This document shows, piece by piece, positions 8,591-17,615 of a stretch of 64,000 bases of DNA (positions are counted from its first letter, which is position 1; each line of letters starts with the position of its first letter). Made by a program: the position numbers and the translations under genes. Source of the stretch: Fidelibacterota bacterium (GTDB lineage: Bacteria; Fidelibacterota; Fidelibacteria; Fidelibacterales; DSDE01); NCBI GenBank assembly GCA_046735395.1, contig JBJKQR010000047.1:32001-96000 (forward strand), read 5' to 3'. The notes under the pieces are model-generated. The model was not told the origin of the DNA and ran no database searches. It saw only the letters and a program-made list of their open reading frames with translations.

Positions 8591-11125
8591 TCACTGTCGA
8601 GTGTTATCATGGAGCTCAACCTCTGCAATTATGTCGTTTTCAGCCAAATTATCATTCCCGGAATTCAGGAGATGGTAGGGTGTGGTCAGTTCGCCGTCCG
8701 GGAGACGAAGAACTTCATCACCAAAAAATTCCATACTGTCACCATTGGGGAGGTTCATGCGGAATTTTTTCTTCTTGAAAATCTGAAAATCACTTTTCTG
8801 AGAATCGGTGGTAAGAATGGGGAAGCGGCTTCCGTCGCGGTAAATGGTGACGCCCTTGAGACCCTGTTCCCAGCCCTTGAGATAAATGTCGGAAATGACC
8901 TCCGGCTTCACATCCTCGGGGAGGTTGATGGTGGATGAAATACTGTGATCCACGTAGGTCTGGCAGGCGGACTGTACCCGGATCCGCGTTTTGCTTTCGA
9001 TATGGTGGGCGGTGCGGAAGAAGTAGGTCGGCAGAAATTCCTGCAGGCCGTCTTCCGATTCGATATTCACTACCTTTTCATTCAGTTCCATCTGATCGAT
9101 ATAGGCCTGAACCGTAGGATGGAATATCTTAAAGAACTGATTGTTGAAGGATTCGGCCCGTCGTTTATAGAACAGCGCGAAAATCGGTTCGATGCCGCTG
9201 CTGACTCCGATATAATTCTTTCCGTAGAGTTCGTAACCCTTGATGATATTGCTGATGGAACCGGTGGGGGCGATGGAGGTAATGGCGATATTCCGCAGGC
9301 CGTGGGTCCGGATGTGTTCGCGGGTTTCCTTGCTGAGCGTTTCTCTGAAAAAGGGGCCTTTGGAATAGGCATTGTAATCGAAGATCCCGGAAGGCGACTT
9401 CTCCTTGGCCAGCATGGACGATGCGAGATAGGCGTTATCATTGATAAACTTCATGATATCACGCAGAGTGGCCACACCTTCGTCCGAATCATAGGCCATC
9501 CCCAGCTGCAGGAGCATGTCGGATATTCCCATGATGCCCAGGCCGAGCCGGCGGGTCTCGTTGGCCGAGTCGCGCTGTTTTTCCAGCGGGTTCAGAAGTT
9601 CGTTCCAGGAGACGACATTATCGAGGAAACGGACCAGGTTCCAGGTGGCCTGTTTCATCTCATCCCAGCGGATGGCGGCCTTGTCGCTGAAACTGTCGCT
9701 GACGAAGCGGCTCAGATTTATGGATCCGAGATTGCAGGCGCCTCCGGCTTCGAGCGGGACCTCCGCGCAGGGGTTGGTGGAGATAATGGGGCGGCCCACA
9801 TAATTGCTGGGGGAATAGTCGGACATTTTGGTCCAGAAGATGAGTCCCGGTTCCGCCGCCTTGTAATTGCTTTCGATGAAGCTGTCCCATACTTCCCGCG
9901 CCTTGATGAGCCGGCGGATTTCCTTCGTTGGCCTGGAGGCGAAATAGAGCAGGAAATCACCGCTGAAATGGACTGCCAGCTCCGATTTCTTATCCTCAGT
10001 TTCGATGAGGTAATCGCCGTACACATCGCGCTTGTAGGTATTTTTCAGATCGGCTTCGGAGACGGTCTTGCCGTGTTCCTCCTGCAGCCACCGGGCAAAC
10101 TGACTGTGATTTTCGAAACTGTCGACGAATTCGTATTCATTCAGTTTTTTACTGGGAATACCGAGCGAGTAGTAATGGCCTTCATCCTGGTAGGCTGTCA
10201 TGAGACGGCGTTTATGGGTCTTGCGGTAGACGAGAATGCGCTGCCGTCCGTATTCCTTTTCCTCACGGACCGCATTCATGAATTCGTCCGAAACCTTGAC
10301 GGAAATGTTTGCAAAGCGGACCTGAGTGTTTTCCACAACCTGGCGCTGAATTTCCTTGATCTGTTCCTCGTTGAATTTACCGGTCCAGCGGCACTGTTCG
10401 ACGATCTGCCGGGTTACCCAGTTGGGCGTCTTTTTCACACTCAGAAAATTGAAGATATCGGGATGTTTTACATCGAGAGTGAGCATGAGTGCGCCTCTGC
10501 GGCCGCTCTGGCCGATGAGGCCGGTAGTCTGGGAATAGAGCTCCATGAAGCTCACCGCGCCGGAACTGGTGTCGGCTGCGTTGTGAACGACGGATTTTTC
10601 CGGACGGAGCGGGGTGATATCCACACCGACGCCGCCGCCATAACTGTAGGTGCGCGCGCATTCACGGGCCGCTTTATATATGGATTCGATATCGTCGTCA
10701 GCGATTTCTGCCACGAAACAGTTTGCCAGGGTCTTCAGGCGGTACAGGTCACCGGCTCCGGCGAGTACCCGGCCTCCGGCAATCCAGTGACCGGCGTAGA
10801 GGTCCCGGTAAAAGTCTTCGGCAACCTGTTTCTGTTTCTGCCGATTCGGCTCCATGGATGCCATGAAGGCGGATATGCGGGAAAAGACATCTTCCGGGCG
10901 CTCTTCCATGGGCGTTCCCTCGAGATCCTTCAGGAAATATTTCTTTTTATAAATATTTTCAGCCAATTCATTCTGTCCCAGATAATTCTCATGGGTAGGC
11001 AGTTCATCCTTGTCAATTTTGTCCTGAAGATATTCATAGACTTTCTGAAAGGCCTCAATCCTGGCTTCGCCAACTTTTTTTACCAGCTTGCCATCAAATT
11101 CGAACATTTTTTGAATCGGCATCAA
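8591..11125 (-). CDS. nrdJ: Adenosylcobalamin-dependent ribonucleotide reductase, catalytic subunit
   Basis: ANCF, GGGVG, GRRGALM, HPDI, EPG, TNPCAE-PL-GACNLGSINL, IAPTG, SISSTIN, KGVTIYRDGSR motifs; no R2 gene nearby. Confidence 0.93.
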   Translation of the reverse strand: MMPIQKMFEFDGKLVKKVGEARIEAFQKVYEYLQDKIDKDELPTHENYLGQNELAENIYKKKYFLKDLEGTPMEERPEDVFSRISAFMASMEPNRQKQKQVAEDFYRDLYAGHWIAGGRVLAGAGDLYRLKTLANCFVAEIADDDIESIYKAARECARTYSYGGGVGVDITPLRPEKSVVHNAADTSSGAVSFMELYSQTTGLIGQSGRRGALMLTLDVKHPDIFNFLSVKKTPNWVTRQIVEQCRWTGKFNEEQIKEIQRQVVENTQVRFANISVKVSDEFMNAVREEKEYGRQRILVYRKTHKRRLMTAYQDEGHYYSLGIPSKKLNEYEFVDSFENHSQFARWLQEEHGKTVSEADLKNTYKRDVYGDYLIETEDKKSELAVHFSGDFLLYFASRPTKEIRRLIKAREVWDSFIESNYKAAEPGLIFWTKMSDYSPSNYVGRPIISTNPCAEVPLEAGGACNLGSINLSRFVSDSFSDKAAIRWDEMKQATWNLVRFLDNVVSWNELLNPLEKQRDSANETRRLGLGIMGISDMLLQLGMAYDSDEGVATLRDIMKFINDNAYLASSMLAKEKSPSGIFDYNAYSKGPFFRETLSKETREHIRTHGLRNIAITSIAPTGSISNIIKGYELYGKNYIGVSSGIEPIFALFYKRRAESFNNQFFKIFHPTVQAYIDQMELNEKVVNIESEDGLQEFLPTYFFRTAHHIESKTRIRVQSACQTYVDHSISSTINLPEDVKPEVISDIYLKGWEQGLKGVTIYRDGSRFPILTTDSQKSDFQIFKKKKFRMNLPNGDSMEFFGDEVLRLPDGELTTPYHLLNSGNDNLAENDIIAEVELHDNTRQ

Positions 11126-11168
11126 GCTTTAAACTCCTTCATTCCTATGTCTGCATTCCTTTCAAAAT

Positions 11169-11216
11169 ATACTACATGTTGTAGTCTGATTAGACAAAAC
11201 ATACTACATATTCTTT
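11169..11216. promoter_or_regulatory. Tandem NrdR boxes upstream of nrdJ
   Basis: ATACTACATGTTGTAG (11169-11184) and ATACTACATATTCTTT (11201-11216), 32 bp apart, resembling the acaCwAtATaTwGtgt NrdR consensus. Confidence 0.85.
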
Positions 11217-11318
11217 ATAGGGGCAAGATTAAATTATTAAAAAAAACAAAAAAAGAGTTAGGTGATGTAACAAAGTGAAACACTGTAACTTAGGGCTGAC
11301 AGCCCAAAAAAATGTTCC

Positions 11319-11347
11319 TTGCGAAAAGAGATACAGGTCCGTAATTT
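11319..11347 (+). promoter_or_regulatory. Sigma70-type promoter
   Basis: TTGCGA-17 bp-TAATTT, about 30 nt upstream of the 11378 CDS. Confidence 0.5.
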
Positions 11348-11377
11348 TGCCCGCAGACAAAGCGGAGAAATTCTGAC

Positions 11378-11920
11378 ATGAGCCTCGGATACGAAAGATG
11401 GGTGAAACGCTTGAAAAAGGCGCGGATGATTCTGCAGTATGAACAGGCGGTCACCTGGCATGAAATTCTGAAGGGAGCCAAGCGCTATTTGGTGACGCTT
11501 CCGGACCATGAACGGAATATTTCGGTGGTCAATCATTACCTGAATGTGGTGGCACGTCAGAACCCCCAGGTTAATCTTTCGCTCGTTGTCCCCCCGCGCT
11601 TTACCCACCTCTTCAGCAACAATCCCGTTTTTGCCCAGATCTTCGAATATCCTGAACTTCGGAATAAGACGCGCTTTCCCATCAACGAGGAACAGGTTAG
11701 TCATATTCCCCGGATATTTGATGTGGCGCTGGATCTCAATCATACTCCCTATATATTGAGCCATTATATTACAGCAACCCGCGCGACCCGTCTCAGCGCC
11801 GGATTCTATAACAGCTACAGCAGCGAACTCTTTGTTCACAGCGTCCAGATTCATTCCGACAGCGATTATGAAAAAGGCGTGAAATCCCTGTTGAAAATGG
11901 GCGGGCTGCTCAACTTCTGA
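11378..11920 (+). CDS. Conserved hypothetical protein (DUF6913-like)
   Basis: GGAG RBS; FDVALDLN...YITA...SAGF C-terminal pattern resembles the GT9-like DUF6913 family. Confidence 0.55.
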   Translation: MSLGYERWVKRLKKARMILQYEQAVTWHEILKGAKRYLVTLPDHERNISVVNHYLNVVARQNPQVNLSLVVPPRFTHLFSNNPVFAQIFEYPELRNKTRFPINEEQVSHIPRIFDVALDLNHTPYILSHYITATRATRLSAGFYNSYSSELFVHSVQIHSDSDYEKGVKSLLKMGGLLNF

Positions 11921-11933
11921 AACACGATAGCCG

Positions 11934-13145
11934 ATGCAGATAATTTTATATGAAACACATAGCCACGACAGTTTTGCACCTCTGAACCGACTTATTCCCG
12001 TAGCCGAACTGCGCTGCGGAGTATTCAGTTTTTACGAACGCATGGAACGGCATATGCCGGACAGTGAGATTTTACTGGCCCTTCCGTCTGACCGCGCGAT
12101 ACTGGGACAGACACACTATGCGGTGTTCAAGGAAAATTCTCAGCTGCCGGAATATCCGGCCTTTGTCAATGCTTCATCACTGATACGCCGGCATCTTCTG
12201 GACCAGCTGCAGGCCAGGGAGACGGGGATCTGGATGCATCGGAACCGTATTGTCATGGCCAGACTGGACCGGGACAGCGCCCGGACCTGGGCCGCTGCGG
12301 AGTTTGCCGATGATTTTCCCTTTTCTCCTGACATTCCCCGGCTTCAGACCGACAGGAGTATTCTGAGTTATGGCTGGGAGCTGCTTCAATGCAATATGGA
12401 TCAGATGGCCGAAGATTTTACGCTGCTGTCCGGTTTCAGCGAAGCAGGTGAAACCCTTCCGGCCGGAACCTTTCAGACCGGCGGCAATCCGGTTTTACTC
12501 CGGAATCCCGAACTGGTCGCGCCGGGGGTCATATTTGATACGCAGAAAGGCGCGATTGTGCTTGAGGAAAATGTACGGATCGGCGCCGGTTCCGTGCTGC
12601 AGGGCCCGATGCTCATGAAGGAAAACAGCGAATGCGCGCCGAGATCCGTGCTGAGAGCGGGAACCCATATCGGGCCGCAGTGCAAGGTGGGCGGAGAAAT
12701 TTCCAACAGCCTGATCCAGGGATTCAGCAACAAGAGTCATGACGGATTTCTCGGAGATTCATATATCGGAAGCTGGTGCAATTTCGGCGCCGGAACCCAG
12801 GTCAGTAATCTGAAAAATAATTACAGTACTGTCAAGGTCTGGAACCAGGGCGGGTATGTCGATACGGGCCTTCAGTTTCAGGGACTGATTATGGGAGATT
12901 ACAGCAGGACGGCGATCGGAACACGCTTCAATACGGGAACGGTGGTGGATGTGGGGGCAAATGTCTTTTGCCCGGATTTCCCGCCACGCTATGTCGCTCC
13001 CTTTGCGTGGGGCGGTGATAACCCGGACATGCGCAGTGATTTTTCGAAATTCCTGACGACCGCCCGTGCCATTATGGAACGGCGCGGACAGACTCTGGAT
13101 GCGGTCCGGGAGGAAATTCTGACCACCCTGTATTCGGGTTTTTGA
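11934..13145 (+). CDS. GlmU-related putative sugar nucleotidyltransferase/acyltransferase (FCB-type)
   Basis: PL-R-PVAELRCG N-terminus; hexapeptide repeats; KVGGEI-NS, SNKSHDGFLGDSYIGSWCNFGAGT-SNLKNNY, RTAIGT-FNTGT. Confidence 0.88.
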   Translation: MQIILYETHSHDSFAPLNRLIPVAELRCGVFSFYERMERHMPDSEILLALPSDRAILGQTHYAVFKENSQLPEYPAFVNASSLIRRHLLDQLQARETGIWMHRNRIVMARLDRDSARTWAAAEFADDFPFSPDIPRLQTDRSILSYGWELLQCNMDQMAEDFTLLSGFSEAGETLPAGTFQTGGNPVLLRNPELVAPGVIFDTQKGAIVLEENVRIGAGSVLQGPMLMKENSECAPRSVLRAGTHIGPQCKVGGEISNSLIQGFSNKSHDGFLGDSYIGSWCNFGAGTQVSNLKNNYSTVKVWNQGGYVDTGLQFQGLIMGDYSRTAIGTRFNTGTVVDVGANVFCPDFPPRYVAPFAWGGDNPDMRSDFSKFLTTARAIMERRGQTLDAVREEILTTLYSGF

Positions 13146-13173
13146 ACTTTTGTTTTTTTCCTGATAAAAAGAA

Positions 13174-13202
13174 TTGCTAATAAGTATCGTGGTCATTATA
13201 TT
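13174..13202 (+). promoter_or_regulatory. Sigma70-type promoter
   Basis: TTGCTA-17 bp-TATATT, followed by a GGAGAGGA RBS and ATG at 13226. Confidence 0.65.
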
Positions 13203-13225
13203 CGTGACCGCAATTTGGAGAGGAC

Positions 13226-13633
13226 ATGGAAAACTATTTTAACGAGATTTTATGCCCCAACTGTGACGAGCCGTTGGACGAGCGACGACTTCAGGAAAAC
13301 TTGGTTTGCCCGAACTGCAAGGTGAATCTGAAAAGCGCCAAGTTTAAGGATTTTCTGGAATATCTCATTGCCCAGGGCATTGTCGAAAATATTGATTTTT
13401 TCGATGCGAAACTTTACGGCGAGGATTTTCTCAGATACGAAACCAGTGAACTGGACGAACAGGATATTGTTGATACGGAGAATCCCAAGGATCCCACCGG
13501 GATGAAGAGCGGCAATATCCTATCCGTTGAGGAGGAATTCATCAAGGAGATCGAAGAGAACGAAGAAAGCGTCGAAGATGATTATTCGGTTTTCGATCCT
13601 GAAGACGGCATGGATGATGATGATGACATGTAA
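13226..13633 (+). CDS. Zinc-ribbon protein with highly acidic C-terminal tail
   Basis: Two CPNC motifs; D/E-rich tail ending DGMDDDDDM; strong RBS. Confidence 0.75.
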   Translation: MENYFNEILCPNCDEPLDERRLQENLVCPNCKVNLKSAKFKDFLEYLIAQGIVENIDFFDAKLYGEDFLRYETSELDEQDIVDTENPKDPTGMKSGNILSVEEEFIKEIEENEESVEDDYSVFDPEDGMDDDDDM

Positions 13634-13648
13634 ATGAGGGAGTGAATC

Positions 13649-13963
13649 ATGGATGAAGCAAAGGAACACAAGCTGGAGATCAATCTTCCCGAGGCGAAGG
13701 CCGGCGGCGACTATTCAAATCTGGCCGTCGTGACCCACAGCCCCAGTGAATTTGTTCTTGATTTCTGTCAGATGATGCCCGGAACACCCAAGGCGAATGT
13801 GGTTTCCCGCATCATTCTGAATCCAATGCATGCAAAGGCCCTTTTCAGAACGCTGGGTGCAAATATCGAGCGCTTTGAGGCAACCTTCGGGGAAATCCGC
13901 GAGTTAGCTCCGCCACCCCAGGCTGCTGTTTCCCTCAATCAGAAAAAGAAACTTCCCAATTAA
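13649..13963 (+). CDS. DUF3467 family protein
   Basis: YSNLAVVTHSPSEFVLDF...P-ANVVSRIILNP-HAK...NIERFEATFGEI signature. Confidence 0.9.
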   Translation: MDEAKEHKLEINLPEAKAGGDYSNLAVVTHSPSEFVLDFCQMMPGTPKANVVSRIILNPMHAKALFRTLGANIERFEATFGEIRELAPPPQAAVSLNQKKKLPN

Positions 13964-13981
13964 TTAAAACCCCTTCGGATT

Positions 13982-15724
13982 TCAGCTGAAACTGTCCGGG
14001 TCGTCTCCGCTGCCGCGGGGGCGCCCCTTTTTATTTTTATGCCAGAATAACAGATTCATCTGTGCCCGTTTTTCCTCAGGGCTGCGGGCTGTCTGAACCT
14101 TCTCACCGGTGAGCGGATGGAATCCGGTATAATACATGGCTGTGGACAGCGTCATCGGAGTGGGATAGAAATCGGCGGCCTGCTGCAGTTTCTGGCCGCG
14201 TTTCTGCAGGAAATCCCTCACTTTTTTCATGGATTCCATCGTGGACCCCGGGTGTCCGCTGATAAAATAGGGAACCAGGTACTGCTGTTTCCCGGCCTGC
14301 TCCGATTTTTTCCTGAACAGGATTTCAAATTCCTCATAGATTTCCGGACCCGGCTTCTGCATGATCCGCGTTACGTCCGGATCCACATGCTCCGGGGCGA
14401 TCTTCATATGGCCCCCGGTATGTTTCCGGATGATTGCCGACGCGGCTTCGTCATTTTTCAGAAGCAGGTCATAGCGAAGGCCTGAAGCCACAAAAACATG
14501 ATTGATACCCTTCATGGAACGGATGGATTCGAGCATGCGGACGTAGTCTGACTGAGCCGCCACATCAAGATGGGAACAGACTTTGGGAAAAAGGCAGTTC
14601 ATGGTTTTGCAGCCACCGATGCGGCATTGCAGCCCGTACATATTTGCGCTGGGCCCGCCGATATCCGTGATGGTACCGTGGAAGCGCGGATGGGTGCTGA
14701 GCCGGGCTGCTTCCCGGCGGATGCTGTCCTGGGACCGGCTCTGTATCTGGGGGCCCTGATGCTCTGTAATCGCGCAGAAGCTGCAGTTGCCGAAACAGCC
14801 GCGATGACTGGTAATGGAGGCAAATATCTGTTCGAAGGCGGGAATCGATGATGACGCATAGCGGGGATGGGGTTCGTAGCTGTAGGGGAGATTGTAGAGA
14901 TTGTCCATCTCCGTTTCACTGAGCGGGGGCTGGGGTGCGTTGACAATGAGCCAGCGATTATCGTATTTCTGGGTAAGAGTGCGGGCGAAGCGAGGATTAC
15001 GGTTCCGGTAATTCATTGCCACCATGCGGCTGAATTCCGCCTTGTTCTCGGAAACTGCCTGAAAATCCGGCAACTCCAGGGCCTCCTCCGGCCGGGATGA
15101 ACTCATATGACAGAGTCCGGGAATGGAAAGACAATTTTCCCGGGATGAGTTTTCGGCCAGAGACCGGGCCAGAGCCACGACGCTTTTTTCCGCCATTCCG
15201 TAGATGAGAAAATCTGCCTTGCTGTCCGGCAGGATGCTGCGCCGCACCCGGTCATCCCAGTAATCGTAGTGGGCGATGCGCCGCAGGCTGGCTTCTATAC
15301 CGCCGAGAACGACGGGAATGTTCTTAAACAGACTTTTTATTTTTGAAGTATAGACGATGGAGGCGCGGTTGGGGCGCAGGCCGGCCTTCCCGTCCGGGCT
15401 GTAGGCATCCTGGTGGCGTTTTTTCCGGTTTACCGTGTAATGGGCCACCATGGAGTCAATATTGCCGGCGCTGATGCCGAAAAAGAGACGGGGCGCTCCC
15501 AGAGCCAGGAAATCCTCGTCCCGGCGCCAGTCCGGTTGTGGAATAATGCCGACGCGGAACCCTGCCGCCTCGAGGACGCGGCCGATGAGTGCCGTTCCGA
15601 AGGCGGGATGATCGATGTAGGCATCGCCGCTGACCAGAATAATGTCGCAGGCATCCCAGCCCAGGGCACTCATTTCCTCCCTGCTTGCAGGGAGGTGGGT
15701 TCCGGGCTTAGGGACGCTGCACAT
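13982..15724 (-). CDS. ygiQ: YgiQ (UPF0313) radical SAM protein
   Basis: SGDAYIDHPAFG, GGIEASLRRIAHYDYW, CFGNCSFC, DIGGPSANMY, KIAPEH, PYFISGHPG, FYPTPMT. Confidence 0.93.
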   Translation of the reverse strand: MCSVPKPGTHLPASREEMSALGWDACDIILVSGDAYIDHPAFGTALIGRVLEAAGFRVGIIPQPDWRRDEDFLALGAPRLFFGISAGNIDSMVAHYTVNRKKRHQDAYSPDGKAGLRPNRASIVYTSKIKSLFKNIPVVLGGIEASLRRIAHYDYWDDRVRRSILPDSKADFLIYGMAEKSVVALARSLAENSSRENCLSIPGLCHMSSSRPEEALELPDFQAVSENKAEFSRMVAMNYRNRNPRFARTLTQKYDNRWLIVNAPQPPLSETEMDNLYNLPYSYEPHPRYASSSIPAFEQIFASITSHRGCFGNCSFCAITEHQGPQIQSRSQDSIRREAARLSTHPRFHGTITDIGGPSANMYGLQCRIGGCKTMNCLFPKVCSHLDVAAQSDYVRMLESIRSMKGINHVFVASGLRYDLLLKNDEAASAIIRKHTGGHMKIAPEHVDPDVTRIMQKPGPEIYEEFEILFRKKSEQAGKQQYLVPYFISGHPGSTMESMKKVRDFLQKRGQKLQQAADFYPTPMTLSTAMYYTGFHPLTGEKVQTARSPEEKRAQMNLLFWHKNKKGRPRGSGDDPDSFS

Positions 15725-15736
15725 GTAGGGAGTTTA

Positions 15737-16876
15737 TTAAAAAAGAAAATTTACGGCAAGGGAAGACTGGCTCCAGTTTTCCTTCAGAGTACCATAGGTC
15801 CAGTCCAGTTTCTGCCATGAAACACTGAGGCCTACATTCTGATTCAGCAGGTAGGTCAGGCCACCGTTTATACCGGTCTGGTCGCTGAAATTGTGAGGAT
15901 CGGGGAGCAGCTGGTAGCCACCGTAAATATGGACGGGCAGAATTGGCAGATGGACGGCCAGGCCGACATGGTGATTCAGTGTCGGATGCAGGGAATTTTC
16001 GATGTCCTGATTCAGGCTGATATCCCAGCTCACACCTCCGTCAACAAGGTTTGAGGAAAAATTCAGATTGGGCCAGCTGCAGTATTCGGCTTCATAAAAC
16101 ACATTCACGAAGCGGCTGTACAGAGACAGGCCGCCCCGCAGTACAGGAGACTGGCTCACACTGTACCGGTAGGTCTGGGGATAGGCATGAGCTGCATCGG
16201 AATATTGTTCATTGACAGAGATCCAGGCCGGATATTCGGCAGAGAGCCCGATATTCAGCCAGGGTGTCAGCCGCTGGAGCAGGCCCACATTCAGACTGAT
16301 TCCCTTGTATTTCGGCTGCCAGAGATATTTATCGTTGCTGACCAGATCCGTTTCAAGCATCTCATCGCTGCCGAAGAGATACTTCAGGGAGGCGCCGAGG
16401 AAGAGATTCTTCTCAAATTCCACAGCCAGAGCGGCATGGAGACTTTTCATACTGCCTTCTTCGCGGAGATGGGAAATATCATCATAATAATCCATGGCGT
16501 AATCATATTCGCGGGTAAAGCCGAAGCCGGCGCTGAGGCTGCCCTGATAAACGGGAATAGGAAAAATCAGGGACAGGGAGGACAGGCCACCCAGATTGAG
16601 TTTGTCTCCGTTTCCGTCGTAAGATCCGGAACTATAGCCCAGATTAAAGCTGCGGAAGCGCTGGAGGCCGATATTGGCAGGATTGCTGCCCATTTCCGGA
16701 ATGACCTGGCCTGCCGCCACGCTGGCATGGCCCACAGACTGGGTCATGGTATTGCCGGTCGTAAAACCGTAGAAAGGACGCAGAGCATCGTTCACATCCT
16801 GGCCTGACAGAGCGGAGGCAAGGGTCAGCGAAAGCAGAGCGGATAGGATCATCGAGACTTTATGTGTGCGCTTCAT
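15737..16876 (-). CDS. OmpP1/FadL-like outer-membrane beta-barrel protein
   Basis: Signal peptide then QDVNDALR; SNPANIG hatch motif (NPA); amphipathic strands; terminal NFLF. Confidence 0.7.
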   Translation of the reverse strand: MKRTHKVSMILSALLSLTLASALSGQDVNDALRPFYGFTTGNTMTQSVGHASVAAGQVIPEMGSNPANIGLQRFRSFNLGYSSGSYDGNGDKLNLGGLSSLSLIFPIPVYQGSLSAGFGFTREYDYAMDYYDDISHLREEGSMKSLHAALAVEFEKNLFLGASLKYLFGSDEMLETDLVSNDKYLWQPKYKGISLNVGLLQRLTPWLNIGLSAEYPAWISVNEQYSDAAHAYPQTYRYSVSQSPVLRGGLSLYSRFVNVFYEAEYCSWPNLNFSSNLVDGGVSWDISLNQDIENSLHPTLNHHVGLAVHLPILPVHIYGGYQLLPDPHNFSDQTGINGGLTYLLNQNVGLSVSWQKLDWTYGTLKENWSQSSLAVNFLF

Positions 16877-17586
16877 TATCGTTTCCTTTTTTTTGTCCGG
16901 GCTGTGCTGGTCGTTTTTTCGGTTGTGGTTTTGGCGGGTTTATCCGCTTTTGCTTCTTTGGTCGCCTTGGGCTTGAAAATGGACCGGTTTTCCTTCGTAT
17001 TCACTTTCACCGGTGTCGGTTCTGCCTTCTGGGATGATTTTTTTACAGATTCGGATCCTGAATTCCCGCTTGTGCCGGCCGAAGCTCCGGAAGATCCGGA
17101 ACCGGTAGCCGGAGCCAGGATATACCGGGGATCATCCGGTGCGGTGATGGCCGCATTGCCGCTGCTGCTGCCGGGATTGCCGGGAGTCCTGCCGAAATTA
17201 TTCGTCCGCCGCTCCTTTTCCGGTGCCGGTACGGTCACACCGCTGCCGCCGTGCCCGTTATAACCGTCGTAGCCATAACTGTAATGCGGATGACGGTTGA
17301 AATGGTACCAGCGCATATCATCATAATAATAAGAGCTGTTATAATAATACGGATCAAAATAATAACCATCCATGAACCAGTTGTAGCGCATATAGCGTCG
17401 GTCAGCATAAAAGGGCCGGTTATAGTACATCCCATTGTAATAATAGTAGTTATTGGTCACAACGGCATTCGAATCCTGAGCGTCCAGTGTGCTCTGAATA
17501 TCCTCGGGCAGCACGGATGGCTGAGTAACGATGGTATAACATCCGCTCAGCAGAACGGAGAATACCAGTGGAATGATATATTTCAT
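16876..17586 (-). CDS. Tyr-rich, low-complexity-tailed lipoprotein
   Basis: MKYIIPLVFSVLLSGC lipobox with GGGAG RBS; Y/N/D-rich middle; G/S/K-rich tail; coupled to the FadL-like gene. Confidence 0.7.
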   Translation of the reverse strand: MKYIIPLVFSVLLSGCYTIVTQPSVLPEDIQSTLDAQDSNAVVTNNYYYYNGMYYNRPFYADRRYMRYNWFMDGYYFDPYYYNSSYYYDDMRWYHFNRHPHYSYGYDGYNGHGGSGVTVPAPEKERRTNNFGRTPGNPGSSSGNAAITAPDDPRYILAPATGSGSSGASAGTSGNSGSESVKKSSQKAEPTPVKVNTKENRSIFKPKATKEAKADKPAKTTTEKTTSTARTKKRKR

Positions 17587-17615
17587 GAATCTGCTCCCTT
17601 TTTTCCTTTCGGGAT

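Noticed and set aside
9962..10258. Possible intein in NrdJ
   Set aside because: No Cys/Ser/Thr splice junctions, terminal His-Asn or homing-endonuclease motifs; reported as a plain insertion instead.
8945..11278. 777-aa ORF antisense to nrdJ (similar long shadow ORFs opposite ABC-F, sprA, lipA and lon)
   Set aside because: No recognisable motifs; these are the usual stop-poor antisense shadows of codon-biased genes.
11126..11377. Cobalamin riboswitch upstream of nrdJ
   Set aside because: AT-rich region without recognisable B12-box elements; NrdR boxes explain the conserved-looking sequence.
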